This document shows, one piece after another, positions 59,873 to 64,000 of a DNA stretch of 64,000 nt (positions within the stretch are counted from its first letter, which is position 1; each line of letters starts with the position of its first letter). The notes under the pieces were generated by a model. It made no database searches. It saw nothing but the letters and a program-made list of their open reading frames with translations, and was not told the DNA's origin. The DNA is from a virus. A program made the position numbers and the translations under genes. Location of the stretch: IMG/VR virus record IMGVR_UViG_3300044971_004534; one strand, 5' to 3'.

Positions 59873-60424
59873 ATGGAAACTCGTAACATAATAGATCACT
59901 ATGCATACTGGAACGATGACGCTATTAGAGCTGATCTTGATGATAAGCGTTTTAACTATTCAGTTGTGTGCTGCAATATTGGGAACGATTTTAATATTGC
60001 AACCGTTATTCGCAACGCTAATGCGTTTCTTGCGAAAGAAGTCGTAATTTATGGCAACAAAAAGTACGATAGGCGTGGGACTGTTGGAACGCATCACTAC
60101 ACCAATTTTCGTCATGTTAAGTCTGTTGACGATCTTTCTGCTTATTTTTGCTCACTGGGGGGAGTACATGATGTCGAAAGAGTCCAAATCATCGGAATAG
60201 ATAATGTGGGTCATTCGGAAAACATCAATGATTTTTCATTTGACCCATCAGTTTACTATGTGATGATTTTCGGTCAGGAGCAAATAGGCATCCCGACAGA
60301 AGTTCTTGAGATGTGCGATCATGTCCTCTACATTCCTCAGTACGGGTCTGTGAGGAGTATTAATGTGGGGTCTGCCAGCGCAATCGCCATGAATGCCTAC
60401 TGTGCCTCTTGCGCGCTTGTGTAA
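59873..60424 (+). CDS. SpoU/TrmH-family (SPOUT) RNA 2'-O-methyltransferase
   Basis: NIATVIRNANAF, MIFGQEQIGIP and YIPQYGSVRSINVGSASAIAM motifs. Confidence 0.75.
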   Translation: METRNIIDHYAYWNDDAIRADLDDKRFNYSVVCCNIGNDFNIATVIRNANAFLAKEVVIYGNKKYDRRGTVGTHHYTNFRHVKSVDDLSAYFCSLGGVHDVERVQIIGIDNVGHSENINDFSFDPSVYYVMIFGQEQIGIPTEVLEMCDHVLYIPQYGSVRSINVGSASAIAMNAYCASCALV

Positions 60425-60449
60425 TCTACAAAAAAGTACCATACACCCC

Positions 60450-60478
60450 TTGACAGACCCGTTCTCCTGCACTACCTT
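60450..60478 (+). promoter_or_regulatory. promoter-like TTGACA-N17-TACCTT, 6 nt upstream of ATG 60485 (leaderless arrangement)
   Basis: Consensus -35 but a weak -10. Same spacing to the ATG as at 12173, 53720 and 62088. Confidence 0.4.
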
Positions 60479-60484
60479 CCGTGC

Positions 60485-60745
60485 ATGAGCATTGAGACAG
60501 TCTTCAAGCGCATGACCGCCAAGGGGTACAGTTTTTCCGTTGGCACCATGGATGGAAATTTTGCAAAATTAATTTTGCCTGCGATGCACATTACTGGAGG
60601 AACAGTAATGATCCCCATGTGGGTCAAGTCGCAGAACGAAAAGGAAGTCGTGTGTGTTCTAGGGTCTGAGCCAACAGAGTCTCACCCTGAGCAAAAAATC
60701 CCAAGAAGTTATTTTAGCAGCATCGTTTCATTGCCCAAGCCATGA
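60485..60745 (+). CDS. hypothetical protein
   Basis: 86-aa ORF. Confidence 0.5.
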   Translation: MSIETVFKRMTAKGYSFSVGTMDGNFAKLILPAMHITGGTVMIPMWVKSQNEKEVVCVLGSEPTESHPEQKIPRSYFSSIVSLPKP

Positions 60746-61224
60746 GTAGACCATACACTTCATCTGAATGGCTTGTGCGTGGCAGGGAACTTCTTGCCCA
60801 AAAGTCTTCTGTTCAACCAAATGGTTGTATTGTGTGGAACGGATATGTCCACAAGACCTGTGGATACGGTGTGCAGAAGTTTATGGGCATGCCAAGGGAT
60901 GTTCGTCGCATCGCCCTTATGTGTGCAGGTATGCCACACGCAAAAGGAGTTGTGATGCCGTCTTGCGGCAATCGCCTTTGCATTAATCCCAGTCATCTTG
61001 TGCTTGTGAACAGGCAGACTTGGAGAGAGCGAAGGTTCCCAACCGTTTTTCCTATTGGTGCTGGAGAGAAAAATGGCAGAGCTGTTTTGAATGAAAAACT
61101 TGTTCAAAAGATGAGAGATGAAAGGACTGGAGGCAAGAAAGTTTCCATGCTTGCCTTGGAGTACGGGGTGTGCGAAAGCACCGTGAGAGACATCATTAGC
61201 AAAAATCTCTGGAAGCATTGCTAG
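60742..61224 (+). CDS. HNH_3-like homing-endonuclease-type protein with degenerate active site plus C-terminal HTH-like tail
   Basis: NGCIVWNGYV..CGYG...CGNRLCINPSHLVLVN resembles the HNH_3 scaffold, but the usual H.CDN is PSCGN. C-terminal ALEYGVCESTVRDIISKNLW. ATGA overlap upstream. Confidence 0.55.
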   Translation: MSRPYTSSEWLVRGRELLAQKSSVQPNGCIVWNGYVHKTCGYGVQKFMGMPRDVRRIALMCAGMPHAKGVVMPSCGNRLCINPSHLVLVNRQTWRERRFPTVFPIGAGEKNGRAVLNEKLVQKMRDERTGGKKVSMLALEYGVCESTVRDIISKNLWKHC

Positions 61225-61233
61225 GAGAACAGC

Positions 61234-62022
61234 ATGAGCACTGAAAACGAAGAGCCGTTCGGAATCGAAGTGACCACCAGTCCTCTTGAAGGAATGGTTG
61301 ACGGTGACAAAATCTCTGACTGGATGGAGCGCAGGGAGGAAAAGGCGGGCGTCAAAGAACTGATTGATATTCTTTCCAATCGTGCTTTCGCCGCCATGCG
61401 TTCCTACAAGAGAGAGAACAATAGCGACATGCCTTGTCATGCCGCTTGTTACTACAGTGGGGGTGTGGCTTTCATTTCTCCCGTGAAGATTGAAAGCGTG
61501 GAGGATAAGGAAAAGTTCTTTGAGGCGTCTTCAGAGATTGCTTACGAGGTTGGCCGTCAGTACGATGACCAGCCTATCATTGTCACTTTTACTTCAACCG
61601 CTTGGTCTTGCTTTTTCCGCAAGGAAGCCATCAGGGATATCGAAATGGCGATTTCCAAGGTTGACGCAAAAATGGACCCCAAGAAGGCGAACGAAGCAAA
61701 AGCATTCCTTTTGAACGAAATTGTTGATTCCTACGGAAGCATGGAAAATGTTCCCGAAGATCACCCCTTGGTGGGCAAGATGGATTTGATGCTTTTTTCA
61801 GCTCACTTCTTGTCTATGGATGGACCCATTCAGGTCACAAAAACAAGCTTGACAAACCGAGAAGTTTTTTCTGAATTGGATGATGAGCAGAAGATGATGC
61901 TTGATGTCTACATGGTCACGGACATGCCTCGTAACCGGATTAACTTTGATGTGAGTGAATACGAACCCGTGTCCTATAAAAAGGGCGATTTTGGGAACAG
62001 CGAATTTACTCTGGGTGCCTAA
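61234..62022 (+). CDS. hypothetical protein
   Basis: 262-aa ORF with AGGAG upstream. Confidence 0.55.
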   Translation: MSTENEEPFGIEVTTSPLEGMVDGDKISDWMERREEKAGVKELIDILSNRAFAAMRSYKRENNSDMPCHAACYYSGGVAFISPVKIESVEDKEKFFEASSEIAYEVGRQYDDQPIIVTFTSTAWSCFFRKEAIRDIEMAISKVDAKMDPKKANEAKAFLLNEIVDSYGSMENVPEDHPLVGKMDLMLFSAHFLSMDGPIQVTKTSLTNREVFSELDDEQKMMLDVYMVTDMPRNRINFDVSEYEPVSYKKGDFGNSEFTLGA

Positions 62023-62075
62023 AAAAAGTTTGAGAAAAACATTCGCTTTCACTACCACTCAGGCCCGTCTTGGTG

Positions 62076-62081
62076 TATGAT
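62076..62081 (+). promoter_or_regulatory. -10-like TATGAT, 6 nt upstream of ATG 62088
   Basis: Same TATGAT-N6-ATG arrangement as at 12161. No convincing -35. Confidence 0.3.
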
Positions 62082-62087
62082 ACAATC

Positions 62088-62288
62088 ATGGAAAGCACAG
62101 ATTCGATTACAGCCATCTCCACTCAATCCGACTTGCTCCGTGCTTCGTTAGATATTTCCATGGGGGCAAACAAAGGATGGGTGCTGGTGGGAAAAAGCGG
62201 CAGAAAATATGACTTGCATGAACTTCTTGAAGCAGTGAACAAGATGATTGAGGGGGTTCTTCCCCACTATGAGCCTGAAGACAAGTGA
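62088..62288 (+). CDS. hypothetical protein (66 aa)
   Basis: This is the first ATG of the ORF whose track start is a TTG at 62070. Confidence 0.45.
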   Translation: MESTDSITAISTQSDLLRASLDISMGANKGWVLVGKSGRKYDLHELLEAVNKMIEGVLPHYEPEDK

Positions 62289-62295
62289 CGAACAC

Positions 62296-62598
62296 ATGAA
62301 GGTAGCCAAAGTAAAAGTCAAGACTGTCCCGCATGAAGGAAAAAGACTTCCTTTCGGTATTTTTTCTTTCAGGGTTGTCGTAGACGCAAGCAAGGAAAGC
62401 TTGCTTCACGAAGCGTTTTCCAATCTGCATAGTCATCTTCATGAAACAGGTCGTGGTTTTCACAAGAGTGGTGGCAGTGTTAGTGTTGAATTCAGGTGTC
62501 AGGGTGCAATTCGCAAAACAAAGATCATTGAGCATTTCATTTCAATGTTAAAAGACTGCAAGATTCAGCATTCAATCGACGGAAAGTTTGAAAGATAA
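62296..62598 (+). CDS. hypothetical protein
   Basis: The MKVAKVKVKT start follows the upstream stop. The longest form overlaps the previous gene. Confidence 0.45.
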   Translation: MKVAKVKVKTVPHEGKRLPFGIFSFRVVVDASKESLLHEAFSNLHSHLHETGRGFHKSGGSVSVEFRCQGAIRKTKIIEHFISMLKDCKIQHSIDGKFER

Positions 62599-62600
62599 AA

Positions 62601-63518
62601 ATGAGCAAAAACATTGAACAACTCGTAGCGGAAAATGAACTTCTCAAGAAGCGCATAGACATCATGCGCTACATCATGGTTGAACAAAATGAAGAAGATT
62701 CTTTCTATGATGATCGCCGCCTGAAGGCGCTTGGTGAGTCACGGAAAGACTACAGCAAATTCGTTTTCAGGTATCGCAGTGCAGACTGGAAGTTCTGTTT
62801 CCGTTGGGATAGTGACGAAGGATGCGGTCTTGATAATGAAGGCAACATCCATACGTGGAAGGGTAACGTCTTTGGCATTCACACCCTGAAGGTCGATGGA
62901 GCCAAGAAGGTTGTGTGCAACGGAGACACGGAAAAGAACAATTTTATTGCTTGCTTGACCGATGACGGCAGCGTTGTCTGCATCAACATCGAAGAGGATG
63001 GTGAAGAAAAGTCTCGCTTTGTTGTTGACGAGCCAAATTCATTCACGAACATACTCATGTGTAGGGAACACGCCATTCTTGAGAAGAAGAACGGGGATGT
63101 CGTTATCTTTGACGGAAAAACTTCTACTCCAGTGAATAGGATTAAGTCCTTCTTCAAGAGCAAGCATGGCTCTGGAGACAGGCTTTCATACGCGCACATC
63201 CTGACGGAAGACAACAAACTTTATGTCGTCAGCTACGGGCTGAAATCTTACTGCTCAGTCAATCGCTTCGTCAATTTGTTCGGTGGCGATGTCATGGGCG
63301 TAAATGATCTAGGCAAGGTGTTTAGCACGGAAGATGGCGTTGCTGTCATTCCTCGTACTTTAAAATTGACCCACAAGCAGTATCTTTACGTTGCGAAAAA
63401 GTTCTACTGGATCAAGTCGTCCGAATTCCCCAGTTCCGTTCGCAACACGAATGAGTACAGGGAGATCCGCAAGACTCAGCGAGCAAAGCGCTTGCTTGGC
63501 AAACTTTATTTAGATTGA
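62601..63518 (+). CDS. hypothetical protein
   Basis: 305-aa ORF. Confidence 0.55.
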   Translation: MSKNIEQLVAENELLKKRIDIMRYIMVEQNEEDSFYDDRRLKALGESRKDYSKFVFRYRSADWKFCFRWDSDEGCGLDNEGNIHTWKGNVFGIHTLKVDGAKKVVCNGDTEKNNFIACLTDDGSVVCINIEEDGEEKSRFVVDEPNSFTNILMCREHAILEKKNGDVVIFDGKTSTPVNRIKSFFKSKHGSGDRLSYAHILTEDNKLYVVSYGLKSYCSVNRFVNLFGGDVMGVNDLGKVFSTEDGVAVIPRTLKLTHKQYLYVAKKFYWIKSSEFPSSVRNTNEYREIRKTQRAKRLLGKLYLD

Positions 63519-63519
63519 C

Positions 63520-63858
63520 ATGAACTACAAGGATCTACAATACCGTCTACGCTGCCATACCAAGCGCACAGATCTTCCCTCTGATGTTCTGCGGGACATT
63601 GGTGAGGCGTATGCAGAGATCGCAGATCTTTCCAAACGCATCATAGACATACAGGTTTTGTACGAACGCTTGATAGAGGTCGAGCTAGCTGCTTCTTTGG
63701 AGCGTGACGAGGCGAGGCGTGAGTTGTGCAGGAATGAGGCAATCATCCGTTTGCAACGGCATCGTGTCCATAGAGACAGCGAAGATGTCGTGGGTCTGGC
63801 AAAGGAGATAGCGGTTGAGCGCGGATGGGACTGCTTCAAGGAGAACGCGGATGTTTGA
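63520..63858 (+). CDS. hypothetical protein
   Basis: 112-aa ORF starting 2 nt after the upstream stop. The antisense ORF 63525..63902 is judged a shadow. Confidence 0.5.
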   Translation: MNYKDLQYRLRCHTKRTDLPSDVLRDIGEAYAEIADLSKRIIDIQVLYERLIEVELAASLERDEARRELCRNEAIIRLQRHRVHRDSEDVVGLAKEIAVERGWDCFKENADV

Positions 63859-63873
63859 AAGAGGAAACTACGA

Positions 63874-64000
63874 ATGAGCAATCTTTCAAAGCCTGTTAAC
63901 ACACGTTATTACAAGCCTCTAGAAAATCCAACCCGATACCCTCTTGAGTTGTGTTCTGACCATCATATTTGCCTATGGTCGGAGGATGGAAAATTCAAGT
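63874..64000 (+). CDS. hypothetical protein, 5' partial at window edge
   Basis: GAGGAAA upstream of ATG 63874. The frame is open to the end of the window. Confidence 0.4.
   Translation, partial: MSNLSKPVNTRYYKPLENPTRYPLELCSDHHICLWSEDGKFK

Noticed and set aside
57017-60427. The recurrent string (G)TAATCT immediately at stop codons of four genes (57017, 57301, 59501, 60422), followed by A-rich sequence.
   Set aside because: Only 6-7 nt are shared, and three of those are the TAA stop itself. No associated structure is visible. This is likely coincidence in AT-rich DNA.
60760-61440. A 226-aa minus-strand ORF.
   Set aside because: It lies antisense to the HNH-like gene and to the start of 61234..62022, which are ATGA/SD-linked on the plus strand. 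It is rich in His/Arg/Ser, as expected for an antisense frame. Judged a shadow ORF.
1-64000. CRISPR arrays, rRNA genes, transposases/IS elements, integrases.
   Set aside because: I found no regularly spaced direct repeats, no rRNA-like sequence, and no DDE/tyrosine/serine recombinase motifs in any ORF. The tRNA genes show no flanking direct repeats or integrase, so I do not call them attachment sites or prophage borders.
1-64000. Origin from a eukaryotic giant virus (suggested by the Gmd/Fcl pair, the SET domain, many glycosyltransferases and tRNAs).
   Set aside because: The expression signals are bacterial throughout: GGAG-type Shine-Dalgarno sites at the correct spacing, ATGA/TAATG translational coupling, TTGACA-N17-TATAAT-like promoters and hairpin-plus-U-tract terminators. 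There is also a sigma-70-family factor, CsrA, TilS, and bacterial-type tRNA-Gln (U1:A72) and tRNA-Asn. A bacteriophage or other bacterial mobile element is the better reading.

Overview
This is an AT-rich, very gene-dense window of about 100 genes. Start/stop overlaps (ATGA, TAATG) are frequent and convergent genes abut. I read it as part of a very large (jumbo-type) bacteriophage genome rather than a cellular chromosome. It has a sigma-70-family factor, an SNF2 helicase, an HNH-like gene, four tRNAs and many short ORFans. Expression signals are bacterial: Shine-Dalgarno sites, TTGACA-N16/17-TATAAT-like promoters and intrinsic terminators. No virion structural genes are recognisable here, so the viral assignment is an inference. 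All calls come from motif recognition in the supplied translations and the raw DNA; no database search was run.

Layout:
(i) 0-17.8 kb: a MoxR ATPase/VWA-metallopeptidase pair, dCMP deaminase, sigma factor, SET-domain protein, secreted M43-type protease, a second deaminase-fold protein, TilS, GMP reductase, tRNA-Ser(GGA), an AbrB-like protein and the SNF2 helicase.
(ii) 17.8-49.8 kb: a roughly 32-kb island that is visibly more AT-rich and consists almost entirely of soluble sugar-chemistry enzymes. It holds about 16-20 glycosyltransferase-like genes (GT2, GT4, GT8-like, GT10, GT11, GT25, exostosin-like), 6-8 methyltransferases, a sulfotransferase, GDP-fucose synthase, SDR epimerases, a DegT-like enzyme and a split transketolase. 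It has no exporter, polymerase or lipid-carrier genes. It is interrupted at 22.8-25.7 kb by a 2H-phosphoesterase gene, tRNA-Gln and ORFans.
(iii) 49.8-64 kb: a short-form adenylosuccinate synthetase, tRNA-Asn plus an unusual tRNA-Ser(ACU), thioredoxin, GDP-mannose dehydratase, a CsrA homologue with its own promoter and terminator, a SLOG/DUF2493 protein, a SpoU methyltransferase, a degenerate HNH protein and ORFans.

Most notable observations:
- the transporter-less glycan island with fucose/sulfate/methyl chemistry;
- a G/C-to-A/T nucleotide-pool enzyme set (GuaC, PurA, dCMP deaminase);
- four genes that start exactly 6 nt after a -10 hexamer (leaderless architecture);
- two tRNA-UUUU-AUG junctions;
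- the phage CsrA;
- an A34 serine tRNA.
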